Positions 1 through 10,155 of a stretch of DNA of 64,000 bases are shown piece after piece. The notes under the pieces were generated by a model. The model saw only the letters and a list, made by a program, of their open reading frames with translations. It searched no databases and had not been told where the DNA came from. The stretch's first letter is position 1. The number at the start of each line of letters is the position of its first letter. This stretch comes from an uncultured Bacillota bacterium (lineage in GTDB: Bacteria; Bacillota; Dehalobacteriia; UBA7702), in assembly GCA_934702375.1 (NCBI GenBank), contig CAKUYE010000002.1, forward strand, positions 16,188-80,187, read 5' to 3'. A program made the translations under genes and the position numbers.

Positions 1-782
1 CCTTTGTTGCGCCGTCCTTGACGATCAGAGTCGGTTCGGTTTCGGCCTGAAAGAGCTTTTGCATTTCCTCATAGAGCCGTTGATATTCGTAGATCCCGGC
101 GGTATCCAACGTTTCGCTGCTTTCCAAGCCGGCACGGTATACGATTTCCGCCGCCGTCTGGGGGGATATGCCGTCCATGGTTTTCAGTAAGGCCTTGGGC
201 AGCGTGAGGGAAAGCTCCTGGTCCGTCAGAACCGCGGTAAACTCCTCTTCGCTGAGGAAAAAGGGATTGACCTTTCCCGAGGGGGGCGGCAGAATATAGG
301 CCTCATGAGGCAGCACCTGACGGTATCGGGATACGTTGTTGCCGTATTGTTTGGCTGCGGCCAGAATGGTCATATCGTCATCGCAGAGGATAATATTACT
401 GTGTTTCCCCATGATTTCCACGATAAGGTGACGCTCCACTGTATCGCCGATCTCGTTGCGGGCTTCCACGGTGATGTCGGCAACCCGATCCAGACCGGCC
501 TGGGTGATATTGACGATGCGGCCCCCTTCGATATGCTTCCGCAGCACCATGGCAAAGAGCGGCGGTGTTTTGGGGTTGTCGTAGGCGGCATCGGTCAGCT
601 GCAGCCGGGCATTTTGCGGGTGGGCTGTCAGCAGCAGGGTGCAGCCGCCCCGGGTCCGGGATTTCAGCTTTAGGGTGACGGTATAGCGATCCGGCTGGTG
701 GACGCGGTTGATTTTGGCATCCAGCAGGTGGGGGGCAATTTCCGTTAGCAATTTATTTAAAAAAAGTCCGTCCAGTGCCATT
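1..782 (-). CDS. NFACT/FbpA/Rqc2-family protein (RqcH-like), N-terminal part; partial CDS whose remainder lies upstream of the window on the minus strand
   Basis: Reverse-strand translation from ATG at 780-782 gives MALDGLFLNKLLTEIAPHLLDAKINRVHQPDRYTVTLKL..., the typical NFACT-N domain start. Open to the window edge. Synteny with the Bacillus yloA-yloB-yloC cluster. Confidence 0.7.
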
Positions 783-995
783 TTTTTCTCCTCATATTAT
801 TATAAATAAAAGAGTGAAAGCGCACTGAAATTATCGAGGGCCCGGATGAAAGAGGCCTTCCGACCCCTCGATTGCTTCAGCGATTCCTTTCACAGCCACC
901 ATTATAACACGAACTGCGGCAAATGTCACCCTTTTCCTGTCATTGATTTTCCGGATTTTGCATAGAGATAGAGGGACAGGAAGGGAGGACGTGTT

Positions 996-3590
996 ATGTG
1001 GTATCAAAAATCGGTAGAAGATACGGAACGTCATTTCAGAACAGACCGAAACAGCGGTCTTACGGCACTGGAACATGACCGCCGCCGGGAACATCATGGC
1101 CCCAATGCCTTGGAGCAAAAGAAACAGACATCTCCGGCAGGGCTGTTTTTCCGTCAGTTTGCAGACTTTATGGTCATGGTGCTGATGGCGGCGGCGGTGG
1201 TCTCCGCCATGCTGGGGGAGAGGGTCGATGCCCTGATGATCCTGGCAATCATCGTGATGAACAGCATCCTTGGCTTTATTCAGGAGTATAAGGCAGAACA
1301 GTCTCTGGGTGCGTTAAAAAAGCTCACCGAGGATGAAGCCCGGGTGCTTATCGGCGGAGAATTGGCAGTAAAAAAGGCCGAGGAGCTTGTTGTCGGTGAT
1401 GTGGTATTGCTGGAGACCGGAACAAAGGTCCCGGCGGATCTGCGGCTCACCGAGTCTCTGCGGCTTCGTGCCGAGGAGTCCATTCTCACCGGGGAGGCAA
1501 AGGATGTCGCCAAAACCATAGCGGCTTTGAGCGGCGATATCCCTTTGGCAAAGCGCAGTAATATGTGCTACAGCGGCACGGTGATTACCGGCGGCCGCGG
1601 CCGCGGCGTTGTGGTGGCCACCGGGATGGATACGGAGCTGGGGCATATCGCAAAGCTGCTGGAGCACGGCAAACCGGAGCTTACGCCGCTGCAAAAGCAG
1701 CTGAAGCACCTGGGCAAGATTTTAATTTTACTCTGCACCGTGGTTTGTGTGATCGTTGCCGCTGCCGGCTTTTTTATGGGCGGCGCACTTTACGAAATGA
1801 TTCTTACCGGCGTCAGTTTGGGGGTAGCCTCCATTCCCGAAGGGCTGCCCATTGTGGTGACGATATGCCTTGCTTTGGGGGTGCGGCGGCTCACCGCCGT
1901 TCACGCCATTGTGCGGCGGCTGCCGGCGGTGGAGACCCTTGGCTGTGTCACCTGTATCTGTACGGACAAAACCGGCACCCTTACGAAGAGCCGCATGGAA
2001 ACCCAGTTTTTTTACGGCAACGGTCGTTGGTATCCGGCGGCGGAGTTCGGCTCTGCGGGAAAGCTGGCAAAAGATGTGAATCTGGTTATCGGCAATTGCA
2101 ACAGTCTCTATCGGGAAGGAGATCGCTATTTTGGCGATGCTACCGAAGTAGCGCTGATGATCGGCGCCGAACGAAACGGTGCTCCCGTGGAAAAGCTCTC
2201 CCGAACCGATGAGATTGCCTTTGACTCCGACCGCAAGATGATGAGCGTTGCCGTGACTTTCCGGGGGCATACCATGAGTTTGGTAAAGGGTGCGCCGGAT
2301 CGCATTGTGGATCGCTGCCGATATATTTCTATCGAAGGAAAAGAGCTGCCTTTGGGCTATGAGGAGAAAAATCTGCTCCGCCGCGCCGTTGCCGCATACA
2401 GTGCCGACGGATACCGTATTCTGGCTTTGGCCCTGCGCCGGCAGATTGCTGCCGCCGAGGATATGGAGACGGAGCTGACCTTTCTGGCCTTTGCCGCCAT
2501 CAGTGATCCCCTGCGGGAGGATGCGGCATCGTCGCTGGCCCGGGCTGCCGCCGCCGGGGTGCGCAGCATCATGATTACCGGCGATCAGAAGGGCACCGCC
2601 CTTGCCATCGGCAGAAAGCTGGGGATCGCCGAGGAAGAAGCCGACGCCGTGACCGGCAGCGAGGTTCAGAAGCTCAGCGACGGAGAGCTAAGCACCCGCC
2701 TGGAAAAGGTGTCGGTGATTGCCGCCGCATCTCCTGCCGATAAAATGCGGGTCGTTTCGGTACTGCGCTCCAAAGGGGAAATCTGCGCCATGACCGGGGA
2801 TGGCGTCAACGACGCCCCGGCGTTAAAAAAAGCGGATATCGGTATCGCCATGGGGCAAAAGGGTACCGATGTAACGAAGGAAGCCGCCGATTTTATTTTG
2901 GCCGACGATAATTTTTCTTCCATTGTAGAAGCGATTTATCAGGGGCGGGGAATCTACGATAATATTCGCAAATTCATTCGCTACCTTCTTTCCTCCAATC
3001 TCGGCGAGATTCTGGTGATGTTTCTCGGTGTGGTTCTCTGCTTTCCTCTGCCGCTGCTGCCTTTGCAGATCCTCTGGATCAATCTGGTTACCGATGGTTT
3101 TCCTGCTTTGGCTTTGGCCATGGAGCCGCCCCGGGCTTCCCTATTGCAGGAGCCGCCGCGAAAAGCCGGTGGCAGCGTTTTCAGCGGCGGTTTGGGCCGA
3201 AAGATCGCCCTTCGCGGGGTAGCCATAGGGGTTCTCTGTTTTTCCGCCTTTTTCCTTGGTATCTACCTCTCCGAGGACATTGCCGTTGCCCGCACCATGG
3301 CCTTTAACGCCCTCGTTCTTTCTCAGCTCTTTTATGTTTTCGATTGCCGCAGCGAACACGGTCTTTTAAAAGGGAAGGATTGGTTTTCCAACCCCTTTTT
3401 GCTGATCACCGTTGCCGTTTCCCTTCTTTTGCAGTGGATTGTTGTATATCATTCCTTTTTTAATGCATTATTTCACACTGTGGCTCTTTCTTCGACAAAT
3501 CTCCTGTTATCCATAGCTTTGGCGGCCTTACCTTCGGCTTTTTCTGCGGTTATCTCGGTAATTTCTCAAAAGAAAAACGAAAAATTTTAG
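996..3590 (+). CDS. Calcium-translocating P-type ATPase (P2-type, YloB/PacL-like)
   Basis: 864 aa. DKTGTLT phosphorylation motif, PEGLP in TM4, GDGVNDAPALKKADIGIAMG hinge motif. RBS GGGAGGA upstream of ATG 996. Confidence 0.9.
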   Translation: MWYQKSVEDTERHFRTDRNSGLTALEHDRRREHHGPNALEQKKQTSPAGLFFRQFADFMVMVLMAAAVVSAMLGERVDALMILAIIVMNSILGFIQEYKAEQSLGALKKLTEDEARVLIGGELAVKKAEELVVGDVVLLETGTKVPADLRLTESLRLRAEESILTGEAKDVAKTIAALSGDIPLAKRSNMCYSGTVITGGRGRGVVVATGMDTELGHIAKLLEHGKPELTPLQKQLKHLGKILILLCTVVCVIVAAAGFFMGGALYEMILTGVSLGVASIPEGLPIVVTICLALGVRRLTAVHAIVRRLPAVETLGCVTCICTDKTGTLTKSRMETQFFYGNGRWYPAAEFGSAGKLAKDVNLVIGNCNSLYREGDRYFGDATEVALMIGAERNGAPVEKLSRTDEIAFDSDRKMMSVAVTFRGHTMSLVKGAPDRIVDRCRYISIEGKELPLGYEEKNLLRRAVAAYSADGYRILALALRRQIAAAEDMETELTFLAFAAISDPLREDAASSLARAAAAGVRSIMITGDQKGTALAIGRKLGIAEEEADAVTGSEVQKLSDGELSTRLEKVSVIAAASPADKMRVVSVLRSKGEICAMTGDGVNDAPALKKADIGIAMGQKGTDVTKEAADFILADDNFSSIVEAIYQGRGIYDNIRKFIRYLLSSNLGEILVMFLGVVLCFPLPLLPLQILWINLVTDGFPALALAMEPPRASLLQEPPRKAGGSVFSGGLGRKIALRGVAIGVLCFSAFFLGIYLSEDIAVARTMAFNALVLSQLFYVFDCRSEHGLLKGKDWFSNPFLLITVAVSLLLQWIVVYHSFFNALFHTVALSSTNLLLSIALAALPSAFSAVISVISQKKNEKF

Positions 3591-3610
3591 AAAAAAAGAA
3601 GGATTTAATG

Positions 3611-3639
3611 TTGTTCTATGGAATAATTTATGGTATAAT
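3611..3639 (+). promoter_or_regulatory. Putative sigmaA promoter for yicC (TTGTTC-N17-TATAAT with TG extension)
   Basis: -35 TTGTTC at 3611-3616, 17-nt spacer, TGgTATAAT at 3631-3639, about 45 nt upstream of the yicC start. Confidence 0.45.
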
Positions 3640-3684
3640 TCTTGCCGATATAGTTTTGAGAGGTATATTGTTTTGGTTAGAAGT

Positions 3685-4551
3685 ATGACTGGCTACGGCC
3701 GTGAAACAGCAGAATCTGAATCCTGGAAGGTTACGGTTGAAATCAAAAGCGTGAATAATCGCTTTTTGGATGTGTCGGTCAAAATGCCGAAGCAGTATAA
3801 TCCTTTGGAAGAACTGATCAAGAAAGAAATTTCCGCGGTCCTCAGCCGCGGTCATGTCGACGCTTATATCACCGTGGAAGAAATCGGTGAAGCCAAGCAG
3901 TCCATTGCCGTCGATAAAGATCTGGCTTTGGATTATTGCCGGGCAATGCGGGAGCTTTCCGACATTACCGGTATTCCTTACCAAATGACCCTTAAGGATG
4001 TTGCCTCCTATTACGGGGTTTTGACTGCTCAAAAAGAAGAATCTGATCTTGATGAGCTTTGGAGCACGATGAGTGATGCCATCAAAGGCGCTTTAAAGCA
4101 GCTTTTTGAAATGCGCGTCATCGAAGGTGAAAAATTAGCGGCGGATATTCTCGCCCGCATAGATATATTAGCCATGATCCGGGAAAAGATCCTGGTCAGA
4201 AGTCCTCTCGTCTTAAACGATTACAGAGAAAAGCTGACCCGAAGGATCGAAGAAGTTCTCGGTGAAATAGAAATTGACCACGATAAAATTTTAAATGAAG
4301 TAGCCTTTTTTGCCGATAAGGCCGATATTGCCGAAGAACTGACCCGGCTTTTAAGCCATTTTGATCAGTTCAAGAGTAATCTGGCCAAGGATGAACCCGT
4401 CGGCCGAAAGCTGGACTTTATTTTGCAGGAAATGAACCGCGAGGTCAATACCATTGGATCCAAAGCGAATGATACAGAAATCAGCCACCTGGTGATTGAA
4501 GCCAAGGGAGAGCTGGAAAAAATTAGAGAGCAAGTACAAAATTTCGAATAA
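3685..4551 (+). CDS. yicC: YicC-family stress-induced protein (YloC-like)
   Basis: MTGYGRETAESESWKVTVEIKSVNNRFLD N-terminus is characteristic of YicC. The ORF track starts at a TTG (3673) but the ATG at 3685 gives the canonical MTGYG start. Confidence 0.85.
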   Translation: MTGYGRETAESESWKVTVEIKSVNNRFLDVSVKMPKQYNPLEELIKKEISAVLSRGHVDAYITVEEIGEAKQSIAVDKDLALDYCRAMRELSDITGIPYQMTLKDVASYYGVLTAQKEESDLDELWSTMSDAIKGALKQLFEMRVIEGEKLAADILARIDILAMIREKILVRSPLVLNDYREKLTRRIEEVLGEIEIDHDKILNEVAFFADKADIAEELTRLLSHFDQFKSNLAKDEPVGRKLDFILQEMNREVNTIGSKANDTEISHLVIEAKGELEKIREQVQNFE

Positions 4552-4615
4552 GTTTTGAGTCCATAACCGCTGCCTTAGGCAACGGAAATTATATATAACT
4601 ATGGAGGATAGAACT

Positions 4616-4921
4616 ATGGCAGTTCCGAATTTATCTACCCAGGAAAGAGCAAACGCTCTTGCCAAAGCGCAGGAAATGCGCACCAAACGAATGGAATTAC
4701 GTAAGGAATTAAAAGCCGGTACCATCACCCTGGCGGAAGTTTTAAAGAGAGATGACGAGATCGTCACCCGCATGAAGGTGAAGTATTTGCTGGAATCCCT
4801 GCCCAACGTCGGTAAGATTACCGCCCTTTCCATTATGGAGGAAATCGGCATCAACGAATCCCGCCGCGTACAGGGCCTTGGCAAACGTCAGCTGGCATTG
4901 CTGCTGGAAAAATTAGCATAA
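4616..4921 (+). CDS. Small helix-hairpin-helix DNA-binding protein, mIHF-like (integration host factor, actinobacterial type)
   Basis: About 101 aa. HhH motif LPNVGKITALSIMEEIGI. Sits between yicC and gmk as mIHF does in other lineages. GGAGGA RBS before the ATG at 4616. Confidence 0.6.
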   Translation: MAVPNLSTQERANALAKAQEMRTKRMELRKELKAGTITLAEVLKRDDEIVTRMKVKYLLESLPNVGKITALSIMEEIGINESRRVQGLGKRQLALLLEKLA

Positions 4922-5158
4922 GGAACCGGATTTTTCGGTATCCTACCCGGTAAGAATAAAGATTTTGACCCTACCGATACACAATTTTCCCGCATTTTCA
5001 TACGGAAATCTTTGTGTTTGCTTTATGCGCACTTCCGGCGGTTATTAGACCTCGATTTTCTTTCCAATAAGATAAATAAGCAGCGCGTGACAAAAATAAG
5101 ATGATTCCGTGGGAGGCCTTCCCACAGAGGCATTCGGAAAATTTGGGATGATGATAAA

Positions 5159-5776
5159 ATGAAGTCTGAAGGACTCTTGATTGTGATATCCGGCCCCTCC
5201 GGCGTTGGCAAAGGCACCGTTTGTGCTTCTTTGCTGGAACAGCTGGAGACCCTTAAGGTCTCCTTGTCCGATACAACGCGAACGCCGCGAGCAGGTGAAA
5301 AAAACGGCATAAATTATTCCTTTATTACCAAGGAACAGTTTCTTACCAACATAGAAAACGAAGTCTATCTGGAATGGGCGGAAGTCTATGGAAATTTCTA
5401 CGGCACACCAAAAGCCGCCGTGGAAAATAATATAAAAAATGGTGTAGATACGCTCCTTGAGATCGATACTCAAGGAGCTTCTCTTGTTAAAAAACAGTAT
5501 CCCGACGGCGTGTATATCTTTATTGCACCGCCGGATTTCAAAACTCTGGAGAGTCGCCTTCGCGGTCGTAAAACCGATAGCGAAGAATCGATCCTTCGGC
5601 GTTTGAATCTGTTTCAATCGGAGATCCAGAAGATCCCCATGTACGATTACGTCGTTGTCAACGACAGCGTGGACAGCGCCGTAGAAAAGGTTCGGGCCAT
5701 CCTCACTGCGGAACATCTGCGGTTTGAACATACCCTGACCTATACAAATCTATTTTCGGAGGACGATTCATTATGA
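5159..5776 (+). CDS. gmk: Guanylate kinase
   Basis: P-loop GPSGVGKGTV. 205 aa. Conserved gmk-rpoZ synteny. Confidence 0.95.
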   Translation: MKSEGLLIVISGPSGVGKGTVCASLLEQLETLKVSLSDTTRTPRAGEKNGINYSFITKEQFLTNIENEVYLEWAEVYGNFYGTPKAAVENNIKNGVDTLLEIDTQGASLVKKQYPDGVYIFIAPPDFKTLESRLRGRKTDSEESILRRLNLFQSEIQKIPMYDYVVVNDSVDSAVEKVRAILTAEHLRFEHTLTYTNLFSEDDSL

Positions 5777-6066
5777 TGGTTGAACCCGGTATGGATGTTT
5801 TGCTTGCTCATGTCGATTCCAAATATACTTTGGCTTCGGTAAGTGCAAAACGTGCCAGAAAAATCTTAATTAATAATCGCGGCTCACTTGTGAACCCCGT
5901 GACCGTTGCTTTGCAGGAAATCGCAGATGGAAAAATCACCTGGGAACGTGAGGATGAGGAAGAACCCGAATACAATCTGACCCCGGCAGCCTCCGGTGTC
6001 GGCGGTATGATTGACCTGGATGATGACAGCGACCTGCACTCCGGAGAGGAACACGAAAATGAATAA
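5773..6066 (+). CDS. rpoZ: DNA-directed RNA polymerase subunit omega
   Basis: 97 aa. DVLLAHVDSKYTLASVSAKRARKI core motif of omega. Overlaps the gmk stop; acidic C-terminal tail. Confidence 0.85.
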   Translation: MMVEPGMDVLLAHVDSKYTLASVSAKRARKILINNRGSLVNPVTVALQEIADGKITWEREDEEEPEYNLTPAASGVGGMIDLDDDSDLHSGEEHENE

Positions 6067-7264
6067 GAAAACCATCGCCATCGGTGTCTCCGGTGGTATC
6101 GCGGCGTATAAAGTCATTGATCTTGTGAGCCGCCTGGCGAAAAAAGGCTTTCAAACTGAAGTGATTATGACAGAGGCCGCCGCAGAGCTTGTGGGGCCTT
6201 TTACTTTTGCCACAATCTCCGGCCGCCCGGTTCACACAAAAATGTTTCAGGAACAATACGGCGACCATATGGAAGTGGAGCATATTGCCATTGGCGACCG
6301 CGCCGATCTGATGGTGATCGTACCGGCTACCGCCAACATTATGGCCAAGGCCGCCCATGGGATTGCCGATGATCTGCTGTCCTCGGTGATTTTGGCGGCA
6401 GACAGCCCGGTGATGTATTTCCCGGCGATGAATACCCGGATGTGGGAAAACCCCGTAACTCAGGAAAACGTGGCAAAGCTGCGCTCCCTGGGCCATGAGG
6501 TCATTGACCCCGATGCCGGCTTCCTTGCCTGCGGAACTGCGGGAAAGGGACGTCTCGGCAGCATTGAAATGATTGAGGAAACCATCCTCAACGCCATGGC
6601 GGCTTTGGAAAAGGGCCGGGATCTGGAAGGCAAAACCGTTTTGATCTCTGCCGGCCCCACCGAAGAAGCCATTGATCCGGTACGCTGCATCACCAACCAC
6701 AGCAGCGGTAAAATGGGCTATGCTTTGGCTAAGGCGGCTTATCGTCGCGGCGCCGAAGTTCACCTTGTCAGTGGTCCGGTGGCATTGGAGCCTCCCGCCG
6801 GCGTTCATTGCTATCCGGTGCGTTCCGCACTGGAAATGAAGGCTGAAATTGATGGGCTTTACGGACAAGCCGATATTACCATTATGGCAGCGGCGGTGGC
6901 GGATTACCATGTCAAGGAGATCGCCCCTCATAAATTGAAAAAATCAGGAACCACCCTTACCCTGGAGCTGGAGCCGAATCCGGATATCCTTGCTTCTCTG
7001 GGTGCAAATAAACATGGCATTCTTGTGGGCTTTGCCGCAGAAACGCAAAATCTCAAGGAAAATGCCATGAGTAAGCTGGAAAGAAAGAATCTCGACCTCA
7101 TTGTGGCAAACAATGTAGCGAAAGAGGGCGCCGGCTTCGGCAGCGATACCAATATTGTGACGATCTACACGAAAAACGGCGCTGTCGATATTCCAAAGAT
7201 GCCAAAGGACGCATTGGCCGATGTGATCTTTGACTATATAAGAAAACAGGAGGAACAGATTTAA
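6059..7264 (+). CDS. coaBC: Bifunctional phosphopantothenoylcysteine decarboxylase / phosphopantothenate-cysteine ligase
   Basis: [18 protein letters not shown] flavoprotein N-terminus, then a CoaB ligase domain. The ORF track begins earlier at 6011; the ATG at 6059 has a GGAGAGGA RBS. Confidence 0.9.
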   Translation: MNKKTIAIGVSGGIAAYKVIDLVSRLAKKGFQTEVIMTEAAAELVGPFTFATISGRPVHTKMFQEQYGDHMEVEHIAIGDRADLMVIVPATANIMAKAAHGIADDLLSSVILAADSPVMYFPAMNTRMWENPVTQENVAKLRSLGHEVIDPDAGFLACGTAGKGRLGSIEMIEETILNAMAALEKGRDLEGKTVLISAGPTEEAIDPVRCITNHSSGKMGYALAKAAYRRGAEVHLVSGPVALEPPAGVHCYPVRSALEMKAEIDGLYGQADITIMAAAVADYHVKEIAPHKLKKSGTTLTLELEPNPDILASLGANKHGILVGFAAETQNLKENAMSKLERKNLDLIVANNVAKEGAGFGSDTNIVTIYTKNGAVDIPKMPKDALADVIFDYIRKQEEQI

Positions 7265-8418
7265 TGAGAAAACTAATTACATCCGAGTCGGTCACCGAAG
7301 GACATCCCGATAAGGTCTGCGATAAGATCGCCGATGGGATCCTCGATGCTTTGCTGGCCGAAGACCCCCAATCCCGGGTGGCCTGCGAAGTCGTTGTCAG
7401 CACCGGTATGGTGCTTGTGACCGGTGAAATTACCACTGATTGCTATGTGGATATTCCGAAGGTAGCCAGAGATACCATCAAAGAAATTGGCTACACCCGT
7501 GCAAAATATGGTTTTGACGGCGACACCTGCGCCGTTTTGACTTCTATCAAAGAACAAAGCCCCGATATTGCCATGGGGGTAAACGAATCTCAGGATGATA
7601 AATCCACCGGCGCCGGCGACCAGGGGATGATGTATGGCTATGCCAGCGATGAAACCGAAGAGCTGATGCCTATGCCCATCGTTATGGCTCATCGCCTTAC
7701 CCGCCAGCTGGCCAAGATCCGCAGAGAAGGGGTTTTGCCCTACCTCCGTCCCGATGGCAAAAGCCAGGTTACTGTGGAATATGATGATGACAAAGCCGTG
7801 CGCATTAATACCGTTGTCATTTCCACTCAGCATGATCCCGATGTAGATCACGACACCCTGGAAAAGGATATCATCGAAAAGGTCATCAAAGCGGTGCTCC
7901 CGGCAGAGCTTCTCGATGAAAAAACTATCTATCACGTCAATCCTACCGGCCGTTTTGTTATTGGCGGTCCCGTAGGGGATGCCGGTGTTACCGGTCGTAA
8001 GATTATTGTCGATACTTACGGCGGTGTGGGCCGTCACGGCGGCGGCGCTTTCTCCGGGAAGGATCCCACAAAGGTAGACCGTTCCGCTTGCTATGCCGCC
8101 CGCTACGTGGCAAAGAACATCGTTGCTGCCGGCTTGGCCCATAAATGCGAAGTTCAGGTGGCCTATGCCATTGGCATTGCCAACCCGGTTTCGGTTATGG
8201 TCGATACCTTTGGTACCGGCGTTCTTCCCGATGACCGCATCGGAGAGCTGATCAAGGAACATTTTGACCTTCGTCCCGCTGCCATCATTGACCATTTTGA
8301 CCTGCGCCGTCCTCTGTACAGTCAGGTTGCGGCCTATGGTCATTTCGGCAGAAACGATTTGGATCTGCCCTGGGAAAAAACGGATAAGGCAGAAGTATTG
8401 TCCCAATACTTAAAATAA
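7264..8418 (+). CDS. metK: S-adenosylmethionine synthetase
   Basis: [20 protein letters not shown] and [16 protein letters not shown] motifs. 384 aa. The start overlaps the coaBC stop (TAATG), so no room for an S-box leader. Confidence 0.97.
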   Translation: MRKLITSESVTEGHPDKVCDKIADGILDALLAEDPQSRVACEVVVSTGMVLVTGEITTDCYVDIPKVARDTIKEIGYTRAKYGFDGDTCAVLTSIKEQSPDIAMGVNESQDDKSTGAGDQGMMYGYASDETEELMPMPIVMAHRLTRQLAKIRREGVLPYLRPDGKSQVTVEYDDDKAVRINTVVISTQHDPDVDHDTLEKDIIEKVIKAVLPAELLDEKTIYHVNPTGRFVIGGPVGDAGVTGRKIIVDTYGGVGRHGGGAFSGKDPTKVDRSACYAARYVAKNIVAAGLAHKCEVQVAYAIGIANPVSVMVDTFGTGVLPDDRIGELIKEHFDLRPAAIIDHFDLRRPLYSQVAAYGHFGRNDLDLPWEKTDKAEVLSQYLK

Positions 8419-8645
8419 ATGAAAAAAAGATTCGGTGCGCCACTGTAATGTTTCGTTGCCGACGCGCAGAATCGCGGATTATGCCAAAATCGGCGGGAAT
8501 CGCACCATCGGATACTTTTATACCGATGGCACGTTTCCCGCCGTTTTTATGTTTTGAAGCCATGGGTTCCACCCGAAGTGAAATGGGGCGCTGTTGTCGG
8601 AAACTTGATTTTTCATTTATAATTTGATACAATAGTGAACTGTAA

Positions 8646-9746
8646 ATGGAGGAGTCCGCATTGGAAAGATGTATATTGATCATTCCGGCCATGGAGCCTC
8701 GAAAGGACTTTGCCGGTTTTATCGACGAATTACTTCAATTACATATGGGGCCAATCATCGTGGTAGACGATGGCAGCGGCATGAAATTCCGCAATCTTTT
8801 TCGCAGCATCAATGCAAAAGAAAACTGCACCGTATTGTATCATGAAAAAAATTACGGCAAAGGTGCTTCCATCAAAACGGCGATTCGCTGGTGTCTGGAG
8901 CATTTTTACAGCTTTAAAGGCATCATCACCGTCGATTGCGATGGCCAGCATCTGCCCAAGGATGTGAAGGCGGTTTACGATAAGCTCATCACGTTACAGG
9001 AAAATGAGCTTGTTCTCGGGGTGCGTTCCTTCGATAATGAAGAAACGCCGGAAATGAGCCGCTTGGGCAACCGTGTTTCCTCCTGGATCATGAAAACGCT
9101 GTACAGCATTGATCTTCAGGATACCCAAACCGGTTTGCGGGGCTTTCATCGTTCCCTGCTGGAGTGGCTTCTCACCGTTGGCGGCGATCATTACGACTAC
9201 GAATTGAACGTGTTGATCGAAGCCAAGAAAAAGAGCGTGACATTCAACCTGGTTCATGTGGAAACGGTTTATTTTCGGCGTAATATCGACAGTCACTATC
9301 GTCCCTTTACCGATTCCCTTTATATTGCCCGAATCATGGCCCACGGTGTGATGAAGTATTTTGCTTCTTCTCTCACTGCCACAGCTCTGGATCTCTCGAT
9401 CTTTACGATTTTGACGAAAGTTGTGTTCAGTCATTTGCCTCTTTCCTTCCGTCTCTTATTCGGCACCCTGATTGCACGTATCTTTTCGTCGATCCTCAAT
9501 TATTCCATTAATCGGCGGCTGGTCTTTTCCCAGGATACCCGATTTTACCCCACGATGCTCAAGTTCTACACCGTGTGGATCTGTCAGCTGTCGATCTCCT
9601 ATTCCCTCGTTCTGGCCCTAACCGCGGCCAGCGGTATTGATGAGGTCTTTATCAAAATGTTGGTGGATGCCGTTTTGGCATTGTTCAGTTATCAGGTGCA
9701 GTTGAGGTGGGTGTTTAAGAACCCGAACCACGAAATCCGCCGTTAG
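8646..9746 (+). CDS. Family-2 glycosyltransferase fused to a GtrA-like membrane domain
   Basis: N-terminal GT2 signature (IVVDDGSG, DCDGQH). C-terminal half is hydrophobic with a GtrA-like pattern. Start ambiguous: ATG 8646 or TTG 8661. Confidence 0.75.
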   Translation: MEESALERCILIIPAMEPRKDFAGFIDELLQLHMGPIIVVDDGSGMKFRNLFRSINAKENCTVLYHEKNYGKGASIKTAIRWCLEHFYSFKGIITVDCDGQHLPKDVKAVYDKLITLQENELVLGVRSFDNEETPEMSRLGNRVSSWIMKTLYSIDLQDTQTGLRGFHRSLLEWLLTVGGDHYDYELNVLIEAKKKSVTFNLVHVETVYFRRNIDSHYRPFTDSLYIARIMAHGVMKYFASSLTATALDLSIFTILTKVVFSHLPLSFRLLFGTLIARIFSSILNYSINRRLVFSQDTRFYPTMLKFYTVWICQLSISYSLVLALTAASGIDEVFIKMLVDAVLALFSYQVQLRWVFKNPNHEIRR

Positions 9747-10155
9747 GTACGGATGTGCTAAATGCACAGAATCCCGCAAAATCTTCGCTAAACCGCTTCC
9801 GGGTACAAGGAGTACACCTCCAGCGATTTAACGAAGCTTTTACGCGATTCAGCACATTTATCCCATCCTTTTCCGGGTAAGGTATGGATGGGTTAGATTT
9901 ACGCACTTGGAGTTATTTTTTACGTTAAAAGTAGTCAACTCGCATGGCTTCTCCTCGAGGAGAAGCTGGCAGCGTTAGCTGACTGATGAGGTGGCGCGAT
10001 GGGGGTAATGGTATCTTATTATAAAACGTTTCTGCGGCGCAGCACCTTTCCTATATAGAAGGACTGCTTTGCTTGTGATATCCGGCGTGATTTGCCGGTT
10101 TTTTGCATATTTTCAGAATAGATAAAAAGTGTGAAAACATGAAAGGGATGAAAAC

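Noticed and set aside
305-673. 122-aa plus-strand ORF near the window start
   Set aside because: It lies antisense to the clearly homologous NFACT/RqcH-like minus-strand coding region. It is a Gly/Val-rich shadow ORF typical of high-GC coding DNA.
7273-8406. 377-aa minus-strand ORF opposite metK, plus similar long antisense ORFs opposite coaBC (5936-6931), gmk (5045-5731), the hydantoinase gene (10051-10914, 11476-12309), addA (23007-24149), nuoF-like (28357-29565), hydA (29883-30509, 30525-31169), mltG (34876-35940), guaA (41537-42421), the SLH protein (46919-47884), dacB-like (17975-19378) and the periplasmic hydrogenase (51476-52666)
   Set aside because: Each overlaps a gene with strong family-level motifs on the other strand. 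They have no RBS and low-complexity Gly/Ala/Arg-rich composition, the usual antisense open frames in GC-rich genes.
8430-8645. Possible riboswitch or S-box near metK
   Set aside because: metK is translationally coupled to coaBC (TAATG overlap), so there is no 5' leader. The downstream gap contains only a short hairpin (CCATCGGATA...TATACCGATGG) with no recognisable riboswitch core.
9750-10155. 400-bp gap upstream of the hydantoinase-family gene as a candidate cis-regulatory RNA
   Set aside because: A long-range pairing (ATGTGCTAAA / TTCAGCACAT) and the palindromic element are present, but I could not match any known riboswitch or leader consensus. Left as the palindrome finding only.
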